From assembly GCA_016182095.1 (NCBI GenBank), contig JACOXY010000012.1:25864-89863 (forward strand): 64,000 nt of DNA, given 5' to 3'. Shown here piece after piece: positions 17,813 through 27,521 of the stretch. The notes below the pieces were generated by a model, which was not told the DNA's origin, made no database searches, and saw only the letters and a list, made by a program, of their open reading frames with translations. This stretch comes from Candidatus Liptonbacteria bacterium (GTDB taxonomy: Bacteria > Patescibacteriota > Minisyncoccia > UBA6257 > JACOXY01). Both the position numbers and the translations under genes were made by a program. Each line of letters begins with the position of its first letter. Position 1 is the stretch's first letter.

Positions 17813-20173
17813 TTAGTCTCTCAATCTATCATAAACCCTTTGCTCTACCTCCTCTCTTGGGCGACCATATTTTAAGGAGTTCATTTCTTTGAGCTTAGCG
17901 GCATACTCCGGATTATGGATATACGTCAAAGGAATTTTTATGTTAAACGGCCTTGAAGTCCCACCGCTTATTAAAAGCCGCGTGTAGGCGTTTAAGTTAT
18001 CAATGTTTATCAAATCATTCTGGTTAAAAGTGGGCTCAAAAAGCTTGAGCAATGTTTCGGCGTCAGGCGGACCAACGCGGAAAGCAATAGATGTCCCAAC
18101 GTTGCCGAAAACGGCATCACGAATTTTCTCCGTAAGCTGGGCGACATATTGATGCGCCACAATTAAGTTTAGGCGGTATTTTCGCGCCTCGGCTAAGATA
18201 GTCGCGATTGAATCCGTCGTAAAATTCTGAAATTCGTCTATATACATGTAAAAATCGCGGCGCGCGTTCTCACCAGTCGTGTCGGCGCGTGAAAAAGCCG
18301 CCATCTGCAATTTGCCGGTTATTATCATGCCCAAAAGATTTGAGCCCAACTCCCCAATTTTCCCTTTAGAAAGATTCACTAGCAATATCTTCCCTTCATC
18401 CATCACGTCCCTAAACTTAAACACTGATTTCGGTTGGGCTATAATGGGCCGCATATAATCATTGGCGATAAAACTGTTGAACTTTGAAGTAAAGTATGGC
18501 GCCGTGTTTTCTAATGAGTACTCCCCTTTTACTTTAGACGCTTCTTTTTCCCAAAAATCTTTCACTAATGGATTTTTGCATTTCGCGACTAGGCGATTTC
18601 TAAAATCGCTATCGGTAAACACTCGCGGCACATCAACTAAGGTTGCGCCTTCCTCCGGGTCGTCCATTAAAAGAAAGAGGGCGTTTGAAGCGTAGCGCAA
18701 AAACATCGGACCACCGACTAATTTCATGTCAAAAAGCCGATCAAAAATAAGCATGAGTTCGTCCACTATAAAAGATCTTTGCTCCGGTTTTGCGGGATCA
18801 TATTCCAGCATATTCAGCCCCAATGGCCTTGCTAAATCTCCGGGATCAAAAATAATCAGGTCGTCCACGCGCTTTTCCGGAATTGCCTGGAGAAGATTTT
18901 CTATTAAATCGCCATTGGGGTCCAAGACCGCCACGCCTTTTCCGTCCTTAATATCCTTCATCGCCATATTGTAAATTATTGTGGATTTTCCGGTGCCAGT
19001 CTGGCCAACAATATAAACATGGCGGCGGCGATCCTCGTCTAATATAAAAACCGGCTTTGATTCCCCGCGAAAACTCGTCTCGCCTATAAATATGCCGCTG
19101 GTTGGAAGGTTAGTGGGCGGCGCCGCTTCTTTGGCCTTGAGCCATTTAATGCGGGGTATATTGGTGCTTCCGGTCGGCAGATGGAAAAAGCTCGCCATCT
19201 CTTCGCTATTCACGATGATTGCCTGACTGTCGTGAAATTCCCTAAAGGCAAATTGATAGGCAAGCTTGTCCACATTTCTTGGTTTAACAATTTTAAAATT
19301 ATTCCTGAAAGGCGCGCTAAATTGCGAAAATCCGGTCATGAGTCCGTCAACAATCGCATCAGCGTGCATTTTATTAGGACTTGAAGCTATAAGCCGCACA
19401 TTAACCAGGAAAAGCGGCTTGGCAATCTTCGCCTCAAAAGCTTTTACAGCGGATTCGTCTATGATTTTGGATTTTGGTTCTTTTTCATTCTTTTTCTGCG
19501 CGAATGATTTGGCTATGTCTCCAAAAGTTGGCACAGTTTTTAAAATATCTTTTAGCGGAGTTCCCTCCTTTAATCTGTTTAGGGCGTTTTGAATAGATTT
19601 TTTAGCGCTCTTCGGAGCCGGCTTAACCAATACTTGAATAGCGGCACCCTCGCCAATTTCATCCAACCTGGAAAGTCCGCCGACTATTTGGCTAAAAGAG
19701 TCCGCCTCCAGTTCCGCGTAAGTTCTAATGGGAAGAGCGTAGTTTTCCTTTTGGGCTACGTAAAGCGCGGCAACCGTGCCATGAGAATTAAAAATATTGT
19801 AATCGGAAGCTTTTTTAACTTGCGCGTCCGGCCAAATGCTCTGAATTTGCTTTGCCACCGACTCCGCTATATCTCTGTGAACTCCTATATAAAAGTGAAT
19901 ATCTTCGCCAATGTGATGCACCGCCGCCTCTAAAATAAATGGGGTTTTAAGGGAAGAGAGCGCGGAGTAAAGTTGTTCCGAGGCATTTATTTCTTCCTTG
20001 ATATTTTTTGGTTCGCCTTCTTTTTTAGAGCTTCGCGCAAGCTGTACTGAAAAAAGTTCCAGTTCCAAAGAGTGTATCAGCCGCTTATGGCGAGATTTTT
20101 TATATAGAAAATAGGCGCCCCATCCCAAAAGAGCCAAGCCAGCTATTATCAATACCAAGCGAATGTTGCCCAT
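17813..20173 (-). CDS. VirD4/TraD-like (HerA/DUF87) membrane-anchored ATPase
   Basis: RHVYIVGQTGTGKS Walker A, LDPNGD, YIDEFQNF, EARKYRLNL. Confidence 0.88.
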   Translation of the reverse strand: MGNIRLVLIIAGLALLGWGAYFLYKKSRHKRLIHSLELELFSVQLARSSKKEGEPKNIKEEINASEQLYSALSSLKTPFILEAAVHHIGEDIHFYIGVHRDIAESVAKQIQSIWPDAQVKKASDYNIFNSHGTVAALYVAQKENYALPIRTYAELEADSFSQIVGGLSRLDEIGEGAAIQVLVKPAPKSAKKSIQNALNRLKEGTPLKDILKTVPTFGDIAKSFAQKKNEKEPKSKIIDESAVKAFEAKIAKPLFLVNVRLIASSPNKMHADAIVDGLMTGFSQFSAPFRNNFKIVKPRNVDKLAYQFAFREFHDSQAIIVNSEEMASFFHLPTGSTNIPRIKWLKAKEAAPPTNLPTSGIFIGETSFRGESKPVFILDEDRRRHVYIVGQTGTGKSTIIYNMAMKDIKDGKGVAVLDPNGDLIENLLQAIPEKRVDDLIIFDPGDLARPLGLNMLEYDPAKPEQRSFIVDELMLIFDRLFDMKLVGGPMFLRYASNALFLLMDDPEEGATLVDVPRVFTDSDFRNRLVAKCKNPLVKDFWEKEASKVKGEYSLENTAPYFTSKFNSFIANDYMRPIIAQPKSVFKFRDVMDEGKILLVNLSKGKIGELGSNLLGMIITGKLQMAAFSRADTTGENARRDFYMYIDEFQNFTTDSIATILAEARKYRLNLIVAHQYVAQLTEKIRDAVFGNVGTSIAFRVGPPDAETLLKLFEPTFNQNDLINIDNLNAYTRLLISGGTSRPFNIKIPLTYIHNPEYAAKLKEMNSLKYGRPREEVEQRVYDRLRD

Positions 20174-20286
20174 ATTCTGCCATGCGTTCTTCTGAATACA
20201 ATGAAGAATCTTTAGAGAAATTCTTCCCGTTATTCAGGATGACAACGCTATCGCCAATTTTTTATTTTTGAAATTTAATTTTAATT

Positions 20287-20703
20287 TCAACCTGAAGCGC
20301 CTTGCATCTCAAGTTGTGGCATTACCTTATCAGTAAGCGCGTCATGCAAAGCATCCACAACAAACGAACCATGCCGCCAAGCTTCGTGAACACTTTCATC
20401 TATACTTTTGGTAAGCGCCAGATGAATCAATTTTTCCACTTCTTCTTTAATCTCCTCCGGCTCCGTTTTCATGTATTCGGGGAGCATTTTATCTTCGTCA
20501 TGGTCGTTAATTGGACCCGCCTGAATCGTTGAAGCTGATTGCGAAGGCAGCCCAAACACCTGTTTTATTGACTCTTTTACAACATCACGTGGCGCGGCAT
20601 TCTCAAATTCAGCGGACTTTTTGAGTTGTTCGGCTTTTTCGCGAATGCGCTCTATATCTTCTTGGGGAAAACTTTCTGAATTTTGTGTATTGATTTCTGG
20701 CAT
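20287..20703 (-). CDS. hypothetical protein upstream of the VirD4-like ATPase
   Basis: 138-aa ORF with DALHDAL motif; ATG shortly after TATAAT. Confidence 0.7.
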   Translation of the reverse strand: MPEINTQNSESFPQEDIERIREKAEQLKKSAEFENAAPRDVVKESIKQVFGLPSQSASTIQAGPINDHDEDKMLPEYMKTEPEEIKEEVEKLIHLALTKSIDESVHEAWRHGSFVVDALHDALTDKVMPQLEMQGASG

Positions 20704-20802
20704 GATGATATAATTATATCATACATGAAGCTGAATTTTAAATTATCAATTTCAAATCAAATTTTAATTTAAACATTAAATTGAAACTGGAAATTTACAA
20801 AA

Positions 20803-22458
20803 ATGACTAGGTACATTTTCATTGTTGGCGGCGTAATGTCGGGCATAGGCAAGGGCGTCGCTACCGCTTCTATCGCGCGTATTTTGGAAGACCGCGGTTT
20901 CAAGTGCACCGCGGTTAAGATTGACCCCTACATCAACGTTGACGCAGGAACAATGAATCCGGTAGAGCACGGCGAGGTATATGTTACTGAAGACGGCGTG
21001 GAGACCGACCAAGATATCGGAAATTACGAACGTTTCTTGAATAAAAACATCTACCGTGATAACTACATGACAACCGGCCTAGTTTACCAAACGGTCATTA
21101 ACCGCGAGCGCAATCTGGAGTATGGCGGCAAGTGCGTGGAGGTGGTGCCGCACATTCCAGAAGAGGTGATTTCAAGAATTGAAAATGCGGGACAAAAAGC
21201 GAAAGCGGATTTTGTAATGATTGAAATCGGAGGCACCGTCGGAGAATATCAAAATCTTTTATTTTTGGAAGCCGGCAGAATGATGAAGCTTCGCCATCCG
21301 GAAGCGGTCATGTTTGTTTTAGTAAGCTATTTGCCGGTTCCAGACATGATTGGCGAAATGAAAACCAAGCCGACGCAATACGCCGTCCGCACTTTAAATG
21401 GAGCGGGCATCCAGCCGGATATCGTGCTCGCAAGAGCGGTGGTGCCGCTTGATAAGCCGCGCAAAGAGAAAATTTCAACTTTCTGCAATGTAATGCCGGA
21501 AGATATTATCTCCGCGCCGGATGTAAAAAATATTTATGAAATTCCAATTAATTTTGAAAAAGAGAATTTATCATGGCGTATTCTTAAAAAATTTGGCCTT
21601 AAACCTGGGCGAAATAATGGCAAAAAGTGGCGCTCATTTTATAATAAAACCATTTCCGCGAAAAAAATAGTCAAAATCGGAATTACCGGAAAATATTTTT
21701 CAAGCGGCAATTTTACTCTGGCAGATTCATATCTTTCGGTAATTGAGGCCATAAAGCACGCGTCAGCTCACATTGGAGTGAAGCCCGAAATTCACTGGCT
21801 CGACGCCGAGAGTTTTGAAAAAATGCCGTCACGATTAAAGAGTTTGGGCGAACATCACGGCATTATAGTTCCGGGCGGTTTTGGCTCGCGCGGAGTAGAG
21901 GGAAAAATCAAAGCCATAAAATACGCGCGCGAAAATAAAATACCTTTTCTGGGGCTCTGCTATGGCCTGCAACTTGCTATCGTTGAATTTGCAAGAAATA
22001 TGTGCGGCCTCACGGGAGCGCACACGACAGAAGTGAACCAAAGCACCAAACACCCCGTAATCCACGTCCTGCCGGAACAGGCGCAAAACGTAAAGTCACA
22101 AAAGAATTTGGGTGGGTCAATGCGCTTGGGTGCTTATCCATGTAAACTAGCCAAAGGAACTCTTGCCCATGCCGCCTATAAGCAAAATTTGATTACCGAA
22201 AGACACCGTCATAGATATGAGGTGAATAACGATTATAGGGACTCCCTAGAAGAGATGGGGCTCACAATATCAGGATTAAATCCAGAGAAAAATCTGGTAG
22301 AAATCATAGAGCTTCCGACCTCCTCCGCTAAGGGCTATGGCGGTCAAGCAAAAACACATCCGTTTTTCCTGGCGACGCAATTTCACCCGGAGTTTAAATC
22401 AAGACCACTTGATCCTCACCCATTGTTTGTACAATTTATCAAAGCGGCTATAAAATAA
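20803..22458 (+). CDS. pyrG: CTP synthase
   Basis: GGVMSGIGKG, KIDPYIN, KTKPTQ, GLCYG, ERHRHRYE, QFHPEF. Confidence 0.97.
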   Translation: MTRYIFIVGGVMSGIGKGVATASIARILEDRGFKCTAVKIDPYINVDAGTMNPVEHGEVYVTEDGVETDQDIGNYERFLNKNIYRDNYMTTGLVYQTVINRERNLEYGGKCVEVVPHIPEEVISRIENAGQKAKADFVMIEIGGTVGEYQNLLFLEAGRMMKLRHPEAVMFVLVSYLPVPDMIGEMKTKPTQYAVRTLNGAGIQPDIVLARAVVPLDKPRKEKISTFCNVMPEDIISAPDVKNIYEIPINFEKENLSWRILKKFGLKPGRNNGKKWRSFYNKTISAKKIVKIGITGKYFSSGNFTLADSYLSVIEAIKHASAHIGVKPEIHWLDAESFEKMPSRLKSLGEHHGIIVPGGFGSRGVEGKIKAIKYARENKIPFLGLCYGLQLAIVEFARNMCGLTGAHTTEVNQSTKHPVIHVLPEQAQNVKSQKNLGGSMRLGAYPCKLAKGTLAHAAYKQNLITERHRHRYEVNNDYRDSLEEMGLTISGLNPEKNLVEIIELPTSSAKGYGGQAKTHPFFLATQFHPEFKSRPLDPHPLFVQFIKAAIK

Positions 22459-22505
22459 TCTACCTCATAGCGAGCTACGAGGCATTACGGACTAAAATAA
22501 ATATT

Positions 22506-22703
22506 ATGATTGAGAAATTATCAAAGGAAAAGCGGGGAAAGTATAAATATACCTATATAGATTATAAAACCAAGGAGATAGTTTTTGAGTGCGTAACTGA
22601 TAATATTCTTGAAGCCGACAAACAATATGAAGACGCGATTGGTAAAAACCCCGCAAAGCAATCTGGTGTCGGCTGTGCCATTGAACTAGCGACAGAAAAA
22701 TAA
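22506..22703 (+). CDS. small hypothetical protein
   Basis: 65-aa ORF following pyrG. Confidence 0.5.
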   Translation: MIEKLSKEKRGKYKYTYIDYKTKEIVFECVTDNILEADKQYEDAIGKNPAKQSGVGCAIELATEK

Positions 22704-22730
22704 AAAATCGCTCCGGAGAAGTCGGAGCAT

Positions 22731-22919
22731 TTAAGGTTTCTTTTTTTCGCCAACTTTTTCTAAAAATTCTCTAATGGCTTTAGCGCGATCTTGGTCGCTC
22801 GGAGCAAGCCTCGTTCTTACCAGTGCATCGTAAATCAACCTGTCATTAACGCTAAAATTATTTTCCAGCAATTTTTTCATATCTTCGTTTGAGAAAAATC
22901 TATCGACTACCATCATCAC
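22731..22919 (-). CDS. small hypothetical protein
   Basis: AAGGAG SD upstream. Confidence 0.45.
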   Translation of the reverse strand: MMMVVDRFFSNEDMKKLLENNFSVNDRLIYDALVRTRLAPSDQDRAKAIREFLEKVGEKKKP

Positions 22920-22993
22920 AAAAAACTCCTTTGTCTTTTCACTGGGGAATCCGCAGTTTTATGCTATTTCAAGTATAACACAGATTCCAAAAT

Positions 22994-23158
22994 TTAATCC
23001 AGCAAGCCCTTTTCAATAATGATGGGTGGACTATTAAATTCTCCGGCCACCAAAAACCCTAGCGCAAAACTAGTAGTACTGACAATAAATATAATCGCAA
23101 ACCAGACAATCTCTTTTTTCAATTTTCTCTTTTTTTCTATTGTATCTTCGAAAAACAT
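22994..23158 (-). CDS. small single-TM membrane protein (not in ORF track)
   Basis: MFFEDTIEKKRKLKKEIVWFAIIFIVSTTSFALGFLVAGEFNSPPIIIEKGLLD. Confidence 0.5.
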   Translation of the reverse strand: MFFEDTIEKKRKLKKEIVWFAIIFIVSTTSFALGFLVAGEFNSPPIIIEKGLLD

Positions 23159-23265
23159 CTAACAATCCAAAATTCAAAAGGCAAAAGTCAAAATTTAAAG
23201 TAAAAAGTCTTTAAGTTTTAAAACTTTTGGATTTTGAATTATAATTTTGAATTTTGATTTTTGAC

Positions 23266-23985
23266 TTAAAATGACAAATATTTCTCCCACTTCTCATAAA
23301 GCTCCGCGGTGGCTTTGATATCTCGGATATTATATTCAACAATTTCCTTGATTTTGCCTTCGGAATAAAGTCTCTTTACGTCATCACCCGAAACCCCCTC
23401 TTCCTTTGGACTTGTAATCCCAAACGCCCTGGTCCAAAAATGGAGCGAGAACGGTTTTCTCATCGCTCCGTAAAATGTAAGCTGATCCTGCAAGTCAACA
23501 TGCATCGCGTCATAATCCTGATAAGAATTGTACCGGTTTTTTAAAAGATTCTTACTGGGGCGGATGCCGTGGATTGCCGAACGTATCATAAGGAAAGGCG
23601 CGTCCATCCCCCTCCCGTTAAATGTGATGAAGGTATTGTATTTTTTAGCAACTTCCCAGAATTTTCCTAAAATTTCTTTTTCGCCTCCCAACTCAATCTG
23701 GATTTCATCTCCCAACGCTTCCTGCATTTTTTGCTTGTTTTTGTTATCGTTGCTCCCGCTATTATTAGCAAACACCACGCCCTTTTTTGTGTCGGGATTG
23801 AAACATCCAATCACAATAACCTCTCCGGTTAGTGGCCAAAAGCCGAGCTTATCTTTCCTTTCCTCTGCCTCCGCATCATCCTTACTTACACGCGCGAAAT
23901 ACGTCTCGAGCTGCTTTCTGGAAGTCTCGTCCAGTAAGTCAAAATCCACGCCTACGGTTTCAATGTCTAAGACTAGTTTACTCAT
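23266..23985 (-). CDS. PolB-like 3'-5' exonuclease (RNase H-like, DEDD)
   Basis: VLDIET, TFNGRGMDAPF, HVDL, EYNIRDI. Confidence 0.85.
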   Translation of the reverse strand: MSKLVLDIETVGVDFDLLDETSRKQLETYFARVSKDDAEAEERKDKLGFWPLTGEVIVIGCFNPDTKKGVVFANNSGSNDNKNKQKMQEALGDEIQIELGGEKEILGKFWEVAKKYNTFITFNGRGMDAPFLMIRSAIHGIRPSKNLLKNRYNSYQDYDAMHVDLQDQLTFYGAMRKPFSLHFWTRAFGITSPKEEGVSGDDVKRLYSEGKIKEIVEYNIRDIKATAELYEKWEKYLSF

Positions 23986-24438
23986 ACCCAGTATCAACTT
24001 CCAGCATGATTTATTTTTTATAAAAATAAATCATTATACCAGAAATTAATTTAATGTTTATTGATAGTTAATCACTATCCCATGAACTATTTTTTGCCCA
24101 CAACACTGGAAGTTGTATTACTGGGCATGAGCAAAGTATAGGCCACAAACATGATATTGCGCAAATTGCGGTTATATATTATACTTTTTAGCGTTAAGTA
24201 CTGGGGTGAAGGATGCGCTCGTTGGTCATTAATGCCCCTCGGACATGGCATCCCATCACTAAATTTCGAAAACTATAGAAATGACTCCCAGCACTATTTG
24301 TTGGCAACACTATTGCTAAAATATTGTTTTACCATAGAAGCGCCTGCGGCTTCGATATTGGTGAAATAATGTTCTACAACAAATAGGGCTGGATGCTCAT
24401 TTTTGTAGTTAAATTTTACAAGTAAAATTTAAACAAAA

Positions 24439-24717
24439 ATGGCACATACTAAAGCCGGCGGATCTACAAAGTTAGGCAGGGACTCCGCTTCAAAAAGACT
24501 GGGGGTAAAAATCAATCATGGCCAAAATGTAAAAGTTGGCCAAGTTATAGTCCGCCAAAGAGGCACCCATTACGTTCCTGGCGTGAATGTTAAACGCGCC
24601 GGAGATGATACGCTAGTAGCCCTAAAAAGTGGCGTTGTACAGTTTTATAAGAAAGTCAAAATCCACTTTGATGGCAATAAGAAAAAAATGACTTTCGTGA
24701 AAGTACTCACCAAATAA
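24439..24717 (+). CDS. rpmA: 50S ribosomal protein L27
   Basis: [25 protein letters not shown]. Confidence 0.97.
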   Translation: MAHTKAGGSTKLGRDSASKRLGVKINHGQNVKVGQVIVRQRGTHYVPGVNVKRAGDDTLVALKSGVVQFYKKVKIHFDGNKKKMTFVKVLTK

Positions 24718-24881
24718 CTTGAAAACTTGAAATAAAATCGCCGCCCATGGCGATTTTTAATTATATTAATAACAGAAATTTAACAAATAAGCACAAGTAT
24801 CCTGCGAGTTAATTCTCAAATTCTTAAGAATTTGAGAATAGATAAGACAGAAAAACAGCGCCCGCGTGGGCGCTTTTGAAT

Positions 24882-25268
24882 TTAGTCGCATTCTTCTTCT
24901 TTGAAACCAGCCGGAACGGTTTTTTCTTGCATCACTAGACGAACGCTTCGGGTTTTCTTTAATACAATTTCCGCTCCGCAAAATGGGCAAAAGCGCATCT
25001 CTGCTTCCGCCGTGGATAATCCACTTGCTTGCGATGGCGAGAGAATGACCTTCAGCTCTCCGCGCACAATCAGATTTATTCCTGGCTTTGAGTTGTAAGC
25101 ATCGCTCTCACAATTAAAGTCACTTACCTTGTGATTGCCTGTATACCGAAAAGTTTCTTCGAAACTCTCACAGCATGGCTCCAAATTATCAAATCTTTCC
25201 CCGTAACCATAGCCACCCTGAATAGTTGCCGATTTATAACCAACAACACACTGCCGCTCGCCAGACAT
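24882..25268 (-). CDS. hypothetical protein with CC and CPFCG metal-binding motifs
   Basis: EPCC...FCPFCG. Confidence 0.65.
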   Translation of the reverse strand: MSGERQCVVGYKSATIQGGYGYGERFDNLEPCCESFEETFRYTGNHKVSDFNCESDAYNSKPGINLIVRGELKVILSPSQASGLSTAEAEMRFCPFCGAEIVLKKTRSVRLVMQEKTVPAGFKEEECD

Positions 25269-25388
25269 TTGATCTCTCTACCACCCTTCAAAAATTCTGA
25301 AGTAATAGTAGCATATTACAAGTTGATTTGCAATACTTCTGCATATACCCTACACATATTCAAAATATCTCCAAAAATCCTTATCAAT

Positions 25389-25422
25389 AACATTGTGACA
25401 TTCGCCATAATGTCATAATGTT
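25389..25422. repeat. 34-bp palindrome family A, solo copy
   Basis: aacattgtgacattc-gcca-taatgtcataatgtt. Confidence 0.7.
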
Positions 25423-25430
25423 ATTTTGCG

Positions 25431-25874
25431 TCATTTATTCTCCTCGGCGATAACGCACACCCAGATTTTTGTCTTTATGCCAAATCCTAGATCTATTTCA
25501 ACCTGGTGTTCGCCTAATGCTTTGAGCGGCTTCTCCATATCAACTTTGGAGTCTATGCCCTTTTTCTTTAGCTCTGCTTCAATTTCTTTGGCGCCAATCG
25601 CAGCAAATAACTCCCCCTTCTTGCCGGTTTTTACTTTGAATTCTAACGGCTTCTCCCCTAATTCTTTCGCAAGCGCCGCTAATTTTTCTTTTTGCTCCTT
25701 TCTTTCTTCTTCTACTTTCTGTTTTCTATTTTCTAAATTCTTAATTTCCTCCGTCGTCGCCGGTTTTGCAAGCCCGCGCGCAATCAAAAAATTCTTCGCG
25801 TAGCCGTCCGACACGTCTTTTATCTCGTTTTTCTTCCCTACTTTACGAACATCTTGCAGAAGGATTATTTTCAT
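25431..25874 (-). CDS. rplI: 50S ribosomal protein L9
   Basis: MKIILLQDV...VSDGYAKNFL. Confidence 0.96.
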   Translation of the reverse strand: MKIILLQDVRKVGKKNEIKDVSDGYAKNFLIARGLAKPATTEEIKNLENRKQKVEEERKEQKEKLAALAKELGEKPLEFKVKTGKKGELFAAIGAKEIEAELKKKGIDSKVDMEKPLKALGEHQVEIDLGFGIKTKIWVCVIAEENK

Positions 25875-27499
25875 TGCGTATTTTTTTGAAAATATGATTT
25901 AGTGTCTACCCCCTCCGTGTACTCTACCTTAAAGGAAAGCTTGTTGTCGGCTGATTTTTTTACCCATATGTTGCCTATGTTGGATGGCATGTCAGGAGCT
26001 ATGACATTAAAGCCGAATACTTTTGATAATTTTTCCGCAATACCTGTCGGTTGTCCCGTATTACACGACACTAAAATAAGCGTTGCGTCATCCTCAAAAA
26101 ACTTTTTACTTCTTTTGACTCCCCTGCCCCGTAGATCATCACTGAATAAATATGAGCGTTTAGAACCATCGCCGAATTTGATACTGTTAATCGTGCCGTG
26201 ACCGCCAATAATTGCAAAGGAGATCTTGTGTCTTTTGCCATATCTTCTGTCAAGCTCAATAAGCCGGCGCCCAATTTCTATCTTGCTCCCCGCCTCAACA
26301 GTCCTTAGGGAGTGCGTGTCTTTTAGCGCGGAATATAAATTAGCGAAAACACGCCGACCTCCATAGAAAGCACCGGTGTTATCGTCCTGCGGATATAGAA
26401 TAATGCCGTATGGCTTTTCAATGTCGTCTCGTTCTTCGTATTGCGACAGCAACATTTCTTCGGGATAGCGGCCAAAGTCTTTTATTCCGAATTCTTTCTG
26501 TAAAGCCCGCGCTGCGCCAGGACTACTTTTTTCAATTGATCTGATTGCCCAAAGATTGGCAAGGAGATAGTTGTGCAGAAATAGCCGACTATCTTCCTCC
26601 GAATAAGCCGTTTGTAGCCAGATTTTTAACAGAGAATCGGGATCGTCCAACCCGTAAAACTCCACGATCTTTTTGATCACCTTTTGAGTTGACCCTATCG
26701 GAACGCCGTCCGCTTGCCGCTTATTTATAAGCATCCGCAATGCATAACTTGCTGAGGGCAATTCCTTTGAAAAAGCTCGCACCAATAACTCCAGGGCCCC
26801 GCGTACCACCTCCTTCCCATACGAATAATCTATAAAGCGTGCAAGCAGGGATACACTGCGATCTGACAGCAAATCAACGACATTTTCGTGGTAATCCAAT
26901 GCCTGCGTGGCGCGCTCAATTTTAGCGATTTGCCCCTCCATCAACGATTTAATCAATGATTCAATTGCGGGGAAATTTTCAATAATAAAATTATCCCCAA
27001 AATCAATCCACCTTAAAATATCATCTATATCGCTCCCGTTTTCATGAGCTACCTCCTCGCGGGAAATAGCTATCATTTCCTGAATTGCTTCAAGCGCGGC
27101 TATTTTATTATGCTCCCTGCCATCAGAGTTTATTAGCTTCTCAAAAGTTGGCATGCTATCCGCAATGATGCCGCAAAAAAATTTCCGCGCCTCATGCCGA
27201 GCCACACTGGGTATCCATGCAAGAAAGCTAAGGTTCCAGAGCATCTTCTCGAACGACTCTTCTGATTGAAGACCTTCGCGAATGATCGCTTTCTCGCGCG
27301 TGATTTTTAAAAGATACTTTTCTGCTTCTTGCCGCAATGTCTGGCTACCAGCTTTTGATACTTTATTTTCAGGCGAAAGATTCTCGATACTAAAAAAATC
27401 AAAAATATCTTTATATATGTGTTCATATTTCTCCGGATCTGATTTCTGCTCTTTACGCTCTGCTGGGGTGATATTTTTTTCTAATTTCTCTCCCTCCAT
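25871..27499 (-). CDS. hypothetical protein with C-terminal GHG...SC (caspase/peptidase-like) motif
   Basis: 542-aa ORF; IIGGHG...LVSCNTG; function uncertain. Confidence 0.65.
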   Translation of the reverse strand: MEGEKLEKNITPAERKEQKSDPEKYEHIYKDIFDFFSIENLSPENKVSKAGSQTLRQEAEKYLLKITREKAIIREGLQSEESFEKMLWNLSFLAWIPSVARHEARKFFCGIIADSMPTFEKLINSDGREHNKIAALEAIQEMIAISREEVAHENGSDIDDILRWIDFGDNFIIENFPAIESLIKSLMEGQIAKIERATQALDYHENVVDLLSDRSVSLLARFIDYSYGKEVVRGALELLVRAFSKELPSASYALRMLINKRQADGVPIGSTQKVIKKIVEFYGLDDPDSLLKIWLQTAYSEEDSRLFLHNYLLANLWAIRSIEKSSPGAARALQKEFGIKDFGRYPEEMLLSQYEERDDIEKPYGIILYPQDDNTGAFYGGRRVFANLYSALKDTHSLRTVEAGSKIEIGRRLIELDRRYGKRHKISFAIIGGHGTINSIKFGDGSKRSYLFSDDLRGRGVKRSKKFFEDDATLILVSCNTGQPTGIAEKLSKVFGFNVIAPDMPSNIGNIWVKKSADNKLSFKVEYTEGVDTKSYFQKNTQ

Positions 27500-27521
27500 A
27501 TCTTTTTATGGTTAGCTTTGG

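Noticed and set aside
17813-20173. Conjugative element
   Set aside because: No relaxase, integrase or mating-pair genes; stand-alone VirD4/VirB4-like ATPases are common chromosomal genes in CPR.
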